Positions 10,935-20,743 of a stretch of 64,000 nt of DNA are shown in pieces. The notes under the pieces were generated by a model. The model was not told the origin of the DNA and searched no databases. It was given only the letters and a program-made list of their open reading frames with translations. Both the position numbers and the translations under genes were made by a program. Every line of letters begins with the position of its first letter. Within the stretch, counting starts at the first letter, position 1. This stretch comes from Butyrivibrio sp. (GTDB lineage Bacteria; Bacillota; Clostridia; Lachnospirales; Lachnospiraceae): contig SVGC01000005.1 of the NCBI GenBank assembly GCA_015056495.1, positions 74,982 through 138,981 of the forward strand, given 5' to 3'.

Positions 10935-11666
10935 TTAAACTGTAATCAAATCTTTTATCTGGGAAAAAAGTTTGTCTTTTATCCCTTTAACTTTCATAAT
11001 ATCCTCAATAGTTTTAAAGGAGCCTTCCTCTTGTCTGTAACTGATTATGCGCTGTGCATAGCCTTCTCCAATCCCGGGAAGTTCACATAATTCCTCGCTG
11101 GTAGCTGTATTGATATCCAGAAGTCCACTCTTTTTATGATCCTGAGATAAAACGCCATCTACAGGCGAAATATCCTGAGACATAGTCTCGATACCTGTTG
11201 CAGAAGCCCCAAGAGACTCGGTCTCTCTTTTATAGGGAATACGTATCTTTAATCCGTCGGAAACCTCTGCTGCCTGATTAACATACTCAGTATCAGCCTC
11301 CGGATCAAATCCGCCAGCTGCATTTACTGCATCGATCACGCGAGAACCGGCCTGCAGCTCGTAAACACCTTCATTTACAACTGCTCCGCATACGTGAACG
11401 TATACATTATTGGATGCATTATCATTGGCATCGCTCTCAGCAGAACTACCATTATCAGCAGATTCAACTGTCGTACTATCGTCATTACCGGATAAAGGAG
11501 CATTGTCAATCGACATGTCCTTAGACTCAGCTGTGGCATCTACCGGAGTAAGAACTATTTCTTCGCCTTTTTTAGTGCATCCCACAAGCATTGCAGCCAC
11601 AAGAAATGTAGCCATTATCAACTTTATACTATGTGATATTACGAATATTCTTTTATATTTTTGCAT
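10935..11666 (-). CDS. comEA: Competence protein ComEA (membrane anchor, SLBB-like region, helix-hairpin-helix)
   Basis: The C-terminus LDINTATSEELCELPGIGEGYAQRIISYR is the ComEA HhH signature. Confidence 0.8.
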   Translation of the reverse strand: MQKYKRIFVISHSIKLIMATFLVAAMLVGCTKKGEEIVLTPVDATAESKDMSIDNAPLSGNDDSTTVESADNGSSAESDANDNASNNVYVHVCGAVVNEGVYELQAGSRVIDAVNAAGGFDPEADTEYVNQAAEVSDGLKIRIPYKRETESLGASATGIETMSQDISPVDGVLSQDHKKSGLLDINTATSEELCELPGIGEGYAQRIISYRQEEGSFKTIEDIMKVKGIKDKLFSQIKDLITV

Positions 11667-11768
11667 AGATTCCTCCTAAGAGGATCCCGCCATGCTTTTT
11701 TATTTTATACGATTTAAAAATATATAGCAAGTAATTTGTAATATTTCTGTAACATTTATTGCTACTGC

Positions 11769-13283
11769 TTAATCGGCATTCTCACTATCCGGTGTGATGC
11801 TCACTGCCTCCGGATCAGGTAATGCTTCCTCTGTGTACTGTTCCCCATGTACCTGCTTCATGATCTGCTCGGAAACAGCCTTTAATGTGGCATTGGCATC
11901 TTCGCCCTCCCAGATCTTGGTAAATGCAATCTCCATCTGAACCCAGTAATCACTCATTACCATCATCTTAGGAAGTGGGACTGATGAATCATATACTTCA
12001 AGAAATGTATTAATGGATTCATTTTCATGAACTACATTATTTCTTGCTGCCACTTTACCTGACTTGGAATACAGCTCATCTGTGTAATCATTGCAAAGAT
12101 ATTTTGCAAACATATTGGCCTCTGTCTGATGCTCTGAATAACCATTGATCACAAGACAGTTAGTAACTGACATTGTTCTTGAATTGTATTCATCTGTAAG
12201 ACTAGGCATCTTGTATGCTCCAAATTCATATGGAGTCTCGCCTGCTTCCTGAGCTGCTTCTATTCTGGCAATAGCATCTGTAGTAGCAACAGTAAATACG
12301 ATCTTACCATTTATAAAATCATCCATGACACTGTCATATGTAATGTTTTCAGAATCTATAGCAAAGAACTGATTAAGCTGCTGATAGATGTTCATACATC
12401 TGATAGCATCTGAATTGTAAATATCGATTTGTGAAGGATCATCACCAGCCGCTCCACCGATATTGATATATCCGCCTACAAAGAAATAGTTGTAGAAAAT
12501 ATCATTAACATCCCATTTAAATACGGCCTCTACTGCTTCCGGAGCATTATAGCTGTCAGCAAAGCTCAGTATATCTGAAAGCTTGTTTGGAAGCATCTCT
12601 CGTAGCTGAGCATCTATCTGTGCCTGAGTTATTGTGTCTTCTTCCTCAGTAGAGCTTCCTTCTGTAGAAGCATCTGAAGAACCTTCAGCGCTGTCATCAG
12701 ATGGCTCCTGAGCATCTGCCTGGGCCTGAGCCTGCTCACCTGCAGCAGCGTCTAGCTCAGCCTGTATCCTTGCTCTGGCCTCATCTTCAAGATATGTCTT
12801 GTTATACAAAAGAGTACTTGTCTCAAAGTAAAATGGATAAGCGATCACTTTTCCATCGTAAGTAACTGCATTGATCGCAGCAGTTGGATAATCTTCATCA
12901 TTGATAAGGATGTTTCCATTATCGATCTCGCTGGCAAGTCCTGCCAGATAAGCCTTTTCCAAAGAATCATTAGTAGCAACAAAAATATCAGGATATGCGT
13001 TTTCTTCAATAGAAGCCTGATTGATAGTCTCAAGATATTCAAGTCCTGATACAAGAGTAGGCTCTATCCTGACTTTTTTGCTGCTCTCATTATATGCAAC
13101 TGCCTTACTGTTTATATAATCGGAAAGTGCACTGTCTGTGTACCATATACGTACTGTAGTCTTGGAGCTGTCAAAAATAGAATCTTTTCCAAGACTGCTC
13201 TGTCCTGAAAAAGCATAATACAAGCATGAACCCACAAGACATGCCATAAGCGCCACTGAAATCAATCTAATTCTTACCTTCAT
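11769..13283 (-). CDS. Extracellular solute-binding lipoprotein (ABC SBP family 1-like), orphan
   Basis: A lipobox-like LVGSC is present with sugar-SBP-like sequence. There is an internal acidic low-complexity insert (EQAQAQADAQEPSDDSAEGSSDASTEGSSTEEED). No permease or ATPase genes are adjacent. Confidence 0.55.
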   Translation of the reverse strand: MKVRIRLISVALMACLVGSCLYYAFSGQSSLGKDSIFDSSKTTVRIWYTDSALSDYINSKAVAYNESSKKVRIEPTLVSGLEYLETINQASIEENAYPDIFVATNDSLEKAYLAGLASEIDNGNILINDEDYPTAAINAVTYDGKVIAYPFYFETSTLLYNKTYLEDEARARIQAELDAAAGEQAQAQADAQEPSDDSAEGSSDASTEGSSTEEEDTITQAQIDAQLREMLPNKLSDILSFADSYNAPEAVEAVFKWDVNDIFYNYFFVGGYINIGGAAGDDPSQIDIYNSDAIRCMNIYQQLNQFFAIDSENITYDSVMDDFINGKIVFTVATTDAIARIEAAQEAGETPYEFGAYKMPSLTDEYNSRTMSVTNCLVINGYSEHQTEANMFAKYLCNDYTDELYSKSGKVAARNNVVHENESINTFLEVYDSSVPLPKMMVMSDYWVQMEIAFTKIWEGEDANATLKAVSEQIMKQVHGEQYTEEALPDPEAVSITPDSENAD

Positions 13284-13320
13284 TAAATACTCCCTTAAAA
13301 CCCGTTACTAACCACTGACT

Positions 13321-13362
13321 AAAAAAATGGTGGCCTGTCACAATTAACGTGACGACCACCCA
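13321..13362 (-). terminator. Rho-independent terminator after argD
   Basis: On the minus strand, a GGTGGTCGTCAC / GTGACAGGCCACC stem is followed by a T7 run. Confidence 0.7.
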
Positions 13363-13411
13363 TTATTCTAACACATACATTTGAATTATTGAACTACTGT
13401 TAATCCGAAGA

Positions 13412-14605
13412 TCAGCCAAGCACTTTATCAAGTATTGCTATCATTTCATCCACGTTTTCTTTTGAGATAACAAGAGATGGAACAAACCTTATGATGTTGG
13501 CACCTGCGTTGATCAGGATCAGTCCATTTTCAAGAGCCTTGTTAATATACTCTCCTACAGGCTTGTTAAATACAAGTCCCTGCATGAGTCCGCTTCCACG
13601 TCTTGTTTCGATAAAATCATATTTATCCACAAGCTCATCCAGCTTTTCTTCAAGATATGGTGCAACACTGTTTACATTCTCAAGGATATGCTGTTTTTCA
13701 TAAAGATCCAGAACCTTACTGATAGCTGCACAGGCAAGTGGATTGCCTCCATAGGTTGTGCCATGATCACCTGCAACAAGTGAATTCTGACCTACCTTCT
13801 CAGTCATCATAAATGCACCAACAGGCACTCCGCATCCAAGTGCTTTGGCAGTAGTCATGATATCAGGCTTTACGCCATATTTCTGCCATGCATACATATA
13901 GCCGGTCCTACCCATTCCGCACTGGATCTCATCCAATATGAGCAGGATATCCTTTTCATCACAGATGGCTCTGATTCCCTCAAGGAATTCTTTTGTAGCA
14001 GGGTAAATACCGCCTTCTCCCTGTACTGTTTCAAGAATGATGGCACAGGTCTTGTCATTTACAAGGGCCTTGACGCTGTCTAGATCATTCATGTCAGCAA
14101 ATTTAATATTACCTATCATAGGTTCAAAAGGCTCACGATACTTAGGATTGCCTGTAACTGAGAGTGCACCAAAGGTTCTGCCGTGGAAGGAATGATTCAT
14201 TGCAATTATCTCATGATCATTTTTGCCATCCTTTAAAAATGCATATTTTCTCGCAGCTTTGAGAGCTCCTTCAATCGCTTCTGCTCCTGAATTGGTAAAA
14301 AAGACTCTGTCCATGCCTGAGACTTTCTTAAGCTTTTTAGCAGCTTCAATTGCAGGTACATTGTAATAATAGTTGGAGGTATGGATAACCTTGTCAATCT
14401 GTGCCTTTAAGGCATCATTGTATTCTTTATTGTTATATCCAAGAGCAAATACTGCGATACCTGACACAAAATCAAGGTATTTTTTGCCATTTATATCATA
14501 CAGATATACTCCATCACCTTTATCAAGAACCACCTGATAGCGGTTATATGTATGGAGCAGATCCTTTTCAGCTTCATCTATATATTCTTTCATCAAGTCT
14601 GACAT
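13412..14605 (-). CDS. argD: Acetylornithine aminotransferase
   Basis: Class-III aminotransferase with 397 aa, located in an arg operon. Confidence 0.85.
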   Translation of the reverse strand: MSDLMKEYIDEAEKDLLHTYNRYQVVLDKGDGVYLYDINGKKYLDFVSGIAVFALGYNNKEYNDALKAQIDKVIHTSNYYYNVPAIEAAKKLKKVSGMDRVFFTNSGAEAIEGALKAARKYAFLKDGKNDHEIIAMNHSFHGRTFGALSVTGNPKYREPFEPMIGNIKFADMNDLDSVKALVNDKTCAIILETVQGEGGIYPATKEFLEGIRAICDEKDILLILDEIQCGMGRTGYMYAWQKYGVKPDIMTTAKALGCGVPVGAFMMTEKVGQNSLVAGDHGTTYGGNPLACAAISKVLDLYEKQHILENVNSVAPYLEEKLDELVDKYDFIETRRGSGLMQGLVFNKPVGEYINKALENGLILINAGANIIRFVPSLVISKENVDEMIAILDKVLG

Positions 14606-14665
14606 ATTTTCTCTCCTTGTTGCTTTTGATCTGTAACGCCCGATACAACTTCTGTTGTCAACAGC

Positions 14666-15580
14666 TTAGCGCTGGCTGCTGACTGAATTGTCACTATCGT
14701 TCTCATCACTGTCATCAATAAAAACTGTTCCAACACCTTTATTAGTAAATATCTCAAGCAGTAGGCAATGAGGAATACGTCCATCAAGAATATGGACACT
14801 CTTTACGCCTTCTCTTACAGCAGATGTGCAGTTTCCAAGCTTTGGCAACATTCCGCCGCCAACTGTACCTGATTTAATGAGTTCGTCAGCCTCTGAGCAT
14901 GTGATCCTTGATATAAAAGAGCTCTTATCATTGATATCTCTGTACAGACCTTCAATATCAGTAAGGAATACAAGCTTATCAGCGTGGACAGCCTTGGCTA
15001 TTGCGCAGGCAGCATCATCAGCATTGATGTTAAATGTATCAAAATTATCATCAAGTCCTGTTGGTGCGATTATTGGCAGGTAGTCCTCTTCAAGAAGGTC
15101 ATAAAGGATCTTTGGATCCACCTTATCAACATCACCTACGTATCCGATGTCCTTACCATCTGAGTATTTCTTCTGAACATGCAAAAGACCGCTATCCTTG
15201 CCACTTATACCAATGGCCTTTACTCCCAATTCCTGTACCATAGTAACAAGCTGCTTATTTACTCTGCTAAGGACCATCTCAGCTATCTCCATGGTCTCGT
15301 TGTCAGTAACTCTGAGTCCGTTGACAAATTCTGCCTGTTTACCCACTTTTGAAACCCAATTGCTGATAGCTTTTCCACCACCGTGAACGATGATAGGTTT
15401 AAAACCAACCAGTTTTAATAAAGTAACGTCTTTGATGACATTTCTCTGAAGTTCTTCGTTGCTCATGGCACTTCCGCCATATTTGACAACGATGATCTTG
15501 CGATTGAATTTCTGAATATAAGGAAGCGCCTCAACCAGCACCTCTGCTTTTTTTAATACTTCCTGCATAGAATCGTCCAT
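14666..15580 (-). CDS. argB: Acetylglutamate kinase
   Basis: VVKYGGSAM and HGGG motifs in operon context. A short acidic C-terminal tail is present. Confidence 0.9.
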   Translation of the reverse strand: MDDSMQEVLKKAEVLVEALPYIQKFNRKIIVVKYGGSAMSNEELQRNVIKDVTLLKLVGFKPIIVHGGGKAISNWVSKVGKQAEFVNGLRVTDNETMEIAEMVLSRVNKQLVTMVQELGVKAIGISGKDSGLLHVQKKYSDGKDIGYVGDVDKVDPKILYDLLEEDYLPIIAPTGLDDNFDTFNINADDAACAIAKAVHADKLVFLTDIEGLYRDINDKSSFISRITCSEADELIKSGTVGGGMLPKLGNCTSAVREGVKSVHILDGRIPHCLLLEIFTNKGVGTVFIDDSDENDSDNSVSSQR

Positions 15581-15599
15581 TTTTAATTGCTCCTTTTTA

Positions 15600-16823
15600 T
15601 CATGATCTGTAATCAGCGTTTATTTTTACATAATCATAAGTGAGGTCACATCCCCAGGCTGTTGCTTCTTCAGTACCGGCCTGCATGTCAACAAAGGCTG
15701 TAACTTCTTTTTCAGACAGTATCTTAGTTGCTGCTTCTTCATCAAAATCTATTGGAGTGCCTTCTTTATATACATTCACACTGCCGGCCTTACTCTCAAG
15801 GCTCAATATTACTTTGTCCGGATCAAAATCAACTCCGCTATAGCCCAGAGCACACAGTATTCTTCCAAAATTGGCATCATGTCCAAATATTGCTGCTTTG
15901 GTCAGACTTGAGCAGATAACAGATTTTGCAAGGATCCTTGCATTCTGCTTGGTATCTGCATTTATAACATGGCATTCAAAAAGTGCTGTTGCACCTTCGC
16001 CATCTGCAGCATGTTTTTTGGCCATCTCTGTGCAAAGAGTATTTAATGCTTCATAGAAGGAATCGTAATCTGCTCCCTCTGCTGTGATCTCAGGATTTTC
16101 TGACATTCCGTTGGCAAGGATCATCAGTGAATCATTGGTAGACATGTCTCCATCTACAGAGATCATGTTGTAAGTATCAACAACTACGGAGCTAAGTGCT
16201 TTCTGAAGCATGTCATGAGAGATGGCAACATCAGTAGTCACAAAACACAGCATTGTGCACATATTTGGATGTATCATGCCAGAACCCTTGGCCATGGCGC
16301 CTATGTGGCAGGTCTTCCCGCCAACTTCAAACTCAAGAGCTATCTCTTTTGAATAGGTATCTGTAGTCATGATTGCCTTGGCTGCTTCAGTTCCTGCTTC
16401 TTTAGTATCAGCAATGATGCCTGCAAGAGCTTCAACACCCTTTTGTACTCTATCCATAGGCATCTGCATACCTATAACACCAGTAGAGGCGATAAGTACT
16501 GTATCATATGGGATGCCCAGTTCTTTGCCGGCTACTTCTGCAGTCTTTCTGCATATATCTTCACCCTGCTTACCAGTGCAGGCATTGGCAATGCCAGAAT
16601 TAACAACTACCGCCTGAGCTACACCTTTTTCTCTTGTGATCACTTTATCCCACATTACAGGTGCAGCTTTTACCACATTACTTGTAAATACACCTGCTGT
16701 TGAACATGGCACCTGACTAAATATCATAGCCATGTCATTTCTGTTTTTATATTTGATCTCTGCGCCGTAGCCTGCTGCCTTGAAACCTTTAGCAGTTGTG
16801 ACTCCGCCTTCAATAATTTTCAT
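15600..16823 (-). CDS. argJ: Glutamate N-acetyltransferase / ornithine acetyltransferase
   Basis: 407 aa, with the ArgJ autoprocessing region (MLCFVTTDV) recognisable. Confidence 0.9.
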   Translation of the reverse strand: MKIIEGGVTTAKGFKAAGYGAEIKYKNRNDMAMIFSQVPCSTAGVFTSNVVKAAPVMWDKVITREKGVAQAVVVNSGIANACTGKQGEDICRKTAEVAGKELGIPYDTVLIASTGVIGMQMPMDRVQKGVEALAGIIADTKEAGTEAAKAIMTTDTYSKEIALEFEVGGKTCHIGAMAKGSGMIHPNMCTMLCFVTTDVAISHDMLQKALSSVVVDTYNMISVDGDMSTNDSLMILANGMSENPEITAEGADYDSFYEALNTLCTEMAKKHAADGEGATALFECHVINADTKQNARILAKSVICSSLTKAAIFGHDANFGRILCALGYSGVDFDPDKVILSLESKAGSVNVYKEGTPIDFDEEAATKILSEKEVTAFVDMQAGTEEATAWGCDLTYDYVKINADYRS

Positions 16824-16880
16824 ATATGGCCTCCTGGTTTCACATTCTTACTATTATTTTTTCTTCTTGTGCCTGCCTGA

Positions 16881-17324
16881 TCATTTGTTAAAAACTGTCA
16901 AGTTATCCGGATTCAGCGGATGATCGTAATAATTCATATCATCTCTGAGGGTCCAGCCCATTTTTTTCCAAAAAGCATTACCAACCTGATTGGTAACAAA
17001 AGCGTTAAGACAAACTTTATTTATATGTTCCTTTTTTAACTGTTCTTCACAGAAAGCAACCATCTTCTTGCCTATGCCGTGTCTTCTATACTCTTCACTA
17101 ACGCATACGTGATAGAGACATGCTCGTCTTCCATCATGTCCACACAATATAGCCCCTACTATCTTGTCGTCCATCACTGCTACAGCACAGGTTGTTGGAT
17201 TACGCCTGATAAACATCTCTATTCCTTCTCTGGAATCATCCAGACTGCGGATGCCAAAGCCTTTGATAGACATCCAGAGTGCATAGACCTGGTCGTAATC
17301 TTCAATTGTCATTGTTCTAACCAA
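16881..17324 (-). CDS. Small GNAT-family N-acetyltransferase embedded in the arg operon
   Basis: 147 aa with the GNAT acetyl-CoA motif RRHGIGKKM. It sits between argC and argJ with short spacers. Confidence 0.75.
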   Translation of the reverse strand: MVRTMTIEDYDQVYALWMSIKGFGIRSLDDSREGIEMFIRRNPTTCAVAVMDDKIVGAILCGHDGRRACLYHVCVSEEYRRHGIGKKMVAFCEEQLKKEHINKVCLNAFVTNQVGNAFWKKMGWTLRDDMNYYDHPLNPDNLTVFNK

Positions 17325-17359
17325 AATATATTCCTCCTAAATCCTGCCATGGAATATCC

Positions 17360-18412
17360 TCAAGGGAAGCATGGTGCAAAAAGTAATCCCTCTTCTTCAG
17401 GGAGACCAAACATGATATTCATGTTCTGGACTGCCTGTCCTGCAGCACCCTTTACCAGATTATCAAGGGCACCCATCATGATGATCCTGCCTGTTCTCTC
17501 GTCGATCTTAAAGCCGATGTCTACAAAGTTACTGTTTTCTACCCATCTTGTTTCAGGATAAACATCTTTATCTAAAAGTCTTATGAATTTCTCTTTTGCA
17601 TAATACTTCTCGTATGCAGCCCTTACTTCTTCGTAGGTTGGAAGCTTTCCATCCTTTTTTACAAGTGTGGCATACTCAGTTGCAAGGATGCCTCTGTTCA
17701 TTGGTGCAAGATGTGGTGTGAAGTTGATCTTGATCTCCTGTCCTGCTGCATATCCCAGCTGCTCTTCGATCTCAGGAGTATGTCTGTGAGTTGCAACTCC
17801 ATATGGCTTGGCGCTTTCATTTACTTCACAGTACAGATTAGCTACCTTGGCTCCTCTACCGGCACCGGATACACCACTAAGTGCATCTACGATAAGTGTG
17901 TTTGGATCTATAAGTCCTTCTTTTACAAGAGGATAAGCAGTCAGTATAGATGTTGTAGTATAGCATCCCGGGTTAGCAAGGATCCTTGTGTTCTTGATCT
18001 TATCTCTGTTGATCTCACACAATCCATAAACTGCTTCTTCTATATATTGAGGTGCCTTATGCTCGATCTTGTACCACTGCTCATATACTTTGACATCCTT
18101 AAGTCTAAAGTCAGCACTCAGATCGATGATCTTAACCTTGGATAAAACTTCTTCATTTACAAGGCTGGCGCATAGTCCCTGTGGTGTTGCTGTAAAAATA
18201 ACATCAACTGCCTTGGACAGCTCATCCATGTTGTCATCCATGCATTTAGCATCTACAAGCTTGAACATGTTGCCGTATATGTCACTATATTTCTGATCAA
18301 TAAAGCTTCTTGATCCGTACCATACTATTTCAGCATCCTTATGTCCCATAAGGAGTCTTACAATTTCTGCTCCAGCATAACCTGTAGCACCGATGATTCC
18401 TACCTTTATCAT
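17360..18412 (-). CDS. argC: N-acetyl-gamma-glutamyl-phosphate reductase
   Basis: GATGYAG Rossmann motif and the catalytic-Cys region NPGCYTT, 350 aa. Confidence 0.9.
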   Translation of the reverse strand: MIKVGIIGATGYAGAEIVRLLMGHKDAEIVWYGSRSFIDQKYSDIYGNMFKLVDAKCMDDNMDELSKAVDVIFTATPQGLCASLVNEEVLSKVKIIDLSADFRLKDVKVYEQWYKIEHKAPQYIEEAVYGLCEINRDKIKNTRILANPGCYTTTSILTAYPLVKEGLIDPNTLIVDALSGVSGAGRGAKVANLYCEVNESAKPYGVATHRHTPEIEEQLGYAAGQEIKINFTPHLAPMNRGILATEYATLVKKDGKLPTYEEVRAAYEKYYAKEKFIRLLDKDVYPETRWVENSNFVDIGFKIDERTGRIIMMGALDNLVKGAAGQAVQNMNIMFGLPEEEGLLFAPCFP

Positions 18413-18749
18413 TTTCTATGCCTTTCTTATATGTAAAGTTTTTTATGTGCGCTGCATTTTAAAGATCATTTTTATTGATCTTTATTTATCAAAAAACATC
18501 ACCTCACTATTATAATACATTAAAGTGTGACAGTGATACTTTTTGATCAAGTCAATTTTAATTAAGCACTGATAACTGTGCTATAAGTATATTTTCCATC
18601 CATTTCTATTAATTTATAGAAATAAAAAACATGTATTTTTCCTGACTTATTGATAAATATTCAAAATACATTTCATATAAATAATTATGTATAAAAATAC
18701 GTTATCAAAGAAATAATAAAATGTTAACTTAGATAAAATACCTTGTCGT

Positions 18750-18866
18750 GATTATTGCATAAGTATAACCTCATTGTTTTTTCTATGCAAGTACTATTTT
18801 ATATTTATGCATAGAATTTTATATTTTTTGTAATTTTATGCATTTTTCTATTGCATTATTCATTCG
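18750..18866. promoter_or_regulatory. Cluster of five (A/T)T(A/T)TGCA(T/A) half-site motifs; candidate ArgR (ARG box) operators in the argC/argG divergent region
   Basis: TGCA cores occur at 18756, 18786, 18808, 18839 and 18852 in very AT-rich DNA. Spacings of 22 and 31 bp are about 2 and 3 helical turns. They lie just upstream of the putative argG -35. Confidence 0.35.
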
Positions 18867-18867
18867 A

Positions 18868-18897
18868 TTGATGTATATTAACATTCAAGCGTATAAT
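18868..18897 (+). promoter_or_regulatory. Putative sigma-A promoter of argG
   Basis: TTGATG, 18 nt, TATAAT, about 100 nt upstream of the argG ATG. Confidence 0.45.
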
Positions 18898-18998
18898 TAG
18901 TAGTGTGAATCGATGCTACATTACCGCTTTAAATAATGTAAAAAAAAGAGAATGTGCTTATTTTTTTCACATTCCCATATATAATCAGGAGGACAATC

Positions 18999-20222
18999 AT
19001 GGCTAAAGAAAAGGTAATACTTGCATATTCAGGTGGACTTGATACAACTGCTATCATCCCATGGCTGAAGGAGAATTTTGATTACGAGGTAGTATGCGTA
19101 TGCATAGACTGCGGACAGGAAGAAGAACTGGACGGACTTGAAGAGAGAGCAACATCTTGCGGCGCTTCCAAGCTCTATATCCTTGATGTAGTTGATGAAT
19201 TCTGTGACGAATATATCGTTCCATGTGTTCAGGCACATGCTGTATATGAAAACAAATATTTACTTGGTACTTCTATGGCTAGACCTCTTATTGCCAAGAA
19301 GCTTGTTGAGATTGCAAGAAAAGAAGGTGCTGTAGCAATCTGCCATGGCGCTACCGGTAAAGGTAACGACCAGATCAGATTTGAGCTGGGTATCAAAGCT
19401 CTTGCTCCTGACATCAAGATCATTGCTGCCTGGAGAAATGACAAGTGGACCATGGATTCTCGTGAATCTGAAATTGAATACTGCAAACAGCACGGAATCA
19501 ATCTGCCATTCTCAGCTGACAGCAGCTATAGCCGTGATCGTAACATCTGGCACATCTCTCATGAAGGTCTTGAACTGGAAGATCCTTCACTTGAGCCAAA
19601 CTATAAGCACCTGTTAGTACTGGGCGTAACTCCGGAAGAAGCTCCTGACAAGGCTACTACTGTTACTATGACTTTTGAAGGTGGTGTTCCAAAGTCTGTT
19701 AACGGCAAGGAAATGAAGGTATCTGATATCATCCGCACACTTAACAAGCTGGGCGGCGAAAATGGTATCGGTATTGTTGATATTGTTGAAAACCGTGTAG
19801 TTGGTATGAAGAGCCGTGGTGTATACGAGACTCCTGGCGGAACAATCCTGTATGAAGCTCACCAGCAACTTGAGGAGTTGATTTTAGACCGTGATACATA
19901 TACAATGAAGAAGGATATGGGCAATAAGTTTGCTGATATCGTCTATGAGGGAAAATGGTTCACACCTCTGCGTGAGGCAGAGCAGGCATTCATTCAGTCT
20001 ACACAAAAGTATGTAACTGGAGAAGTAACTTTCAAGCTGTATAAAGGAAATATTATCAAGGCTGGAACAAAATCACCTTATTCTCTTTACAATGAGAGCA
20101 TTGCTTCATTTAAGACTGGTGATTTATATGACCACCACGATGCTGAAGGCTTCATTAATCTGTTCGGACTCTCAAGCAAAGTTCGTGCTATGAAGATGCA
20201 GGAAGTTAATGGTAAGAACTGA
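18999..20222 (+). CDS. argG: Argininosuccinate synthase
   Basis: The N-terminus reads MAKEKVILAYSGGLDTT. The ATG at 18999 is preceded by AGGAGG. The longer ORF from 18954 starts at GTG without an RBS. Confidence 0.95.
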   Translation: MAKEKVILAYSGGLDTTAIIPWLKENFDYEVVCVCIDCGQEEELDGLEERATSCGASKLYILDVVDEFCDEYIVPCVQAHAVYENKYLLGTSMARPLIAKKLVEIARKEGAVAICHGATGKGNDQIRFELGIKALAPDIKIIAAWRNDKWTMDSRESEIEYCKQHGINLPFSADSSYSRDRNIWHISHEGLELEDPSLEPNYKHLLVLGVTPEEAPDKATTVTMTFEGGVPKSVNGKEMKVSDIIRTLNKLGGENGIGIVDIVENRVVGMKSRGVYETPGGTILYEAHQQLEELILDRDTYTMKKDMGNKFADIVYEGKWFTPLREAEQAFIQSTQKYVTGEVTFKLYKGNIIKAGTKSPYSLYNESIASFKTGDLYDHHDAEGFINLFGLSSKVRAMKMQEVNGKN

Positions 20223-20357
20223 TTTTTGTATTTTGGTCGTTTCATGCCATAAATACTAAAACAACAATCTATTTTTAATTTTCTTTAAACTATATGAGCT
20301 ATTAAATTTACTATCCTTTACATACCAAAGAGTTGACCGATCATCATAGAGGTTTTT

Positions 20358-20651
20358 ATGAATTCGATTTTATTTTTGGTTTTGTACTTAGGTACAGTAA
20401 ATTTAATAGCTTTTTCATTAATGGGAATTGATAAGAGAAAGGCTCGTATGCGTGCATTCCGCATTCCTGAGATAACACTTTTTTCTTCTGCTATTATTGG
20501 CGGCAGTATTGGTGCTATAATTGGAATGTATTTTTTCAGACACAAGACTAAACACTGGTATTTCGTCTACGGAATGCCTTTGATACTGATATTACAGATT
20601 GCTTTGGTAGTCGTACTTATTAAGATGCCAATACAGATCAGTTTTATGTAA
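20358..20651 (+). CDS. DUF1294-family small membrane protein
   Basis: GIDKRKA...RIPE...GGSIGA...FRHKT pattern, 97 aa. Confidence 0.65.
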   Translation: MNSILFLVLYLGTVNLIAFSLMGIDKRKARMRAFRIPEITLFSSAIIGGSIGAIIGMYFFRHKTKHWYFVYGMPLILILQIALVVVLIKMPIQISFM

Positions 20652-20743
20652 AAAATATTTTTGGGGAACTATGAAAATGTTTTGAATGAGGCTATCAGAA
20701 GCATTAGGGAGCTTGGATCGATAGCTGATTGGGGAGGTTTATC

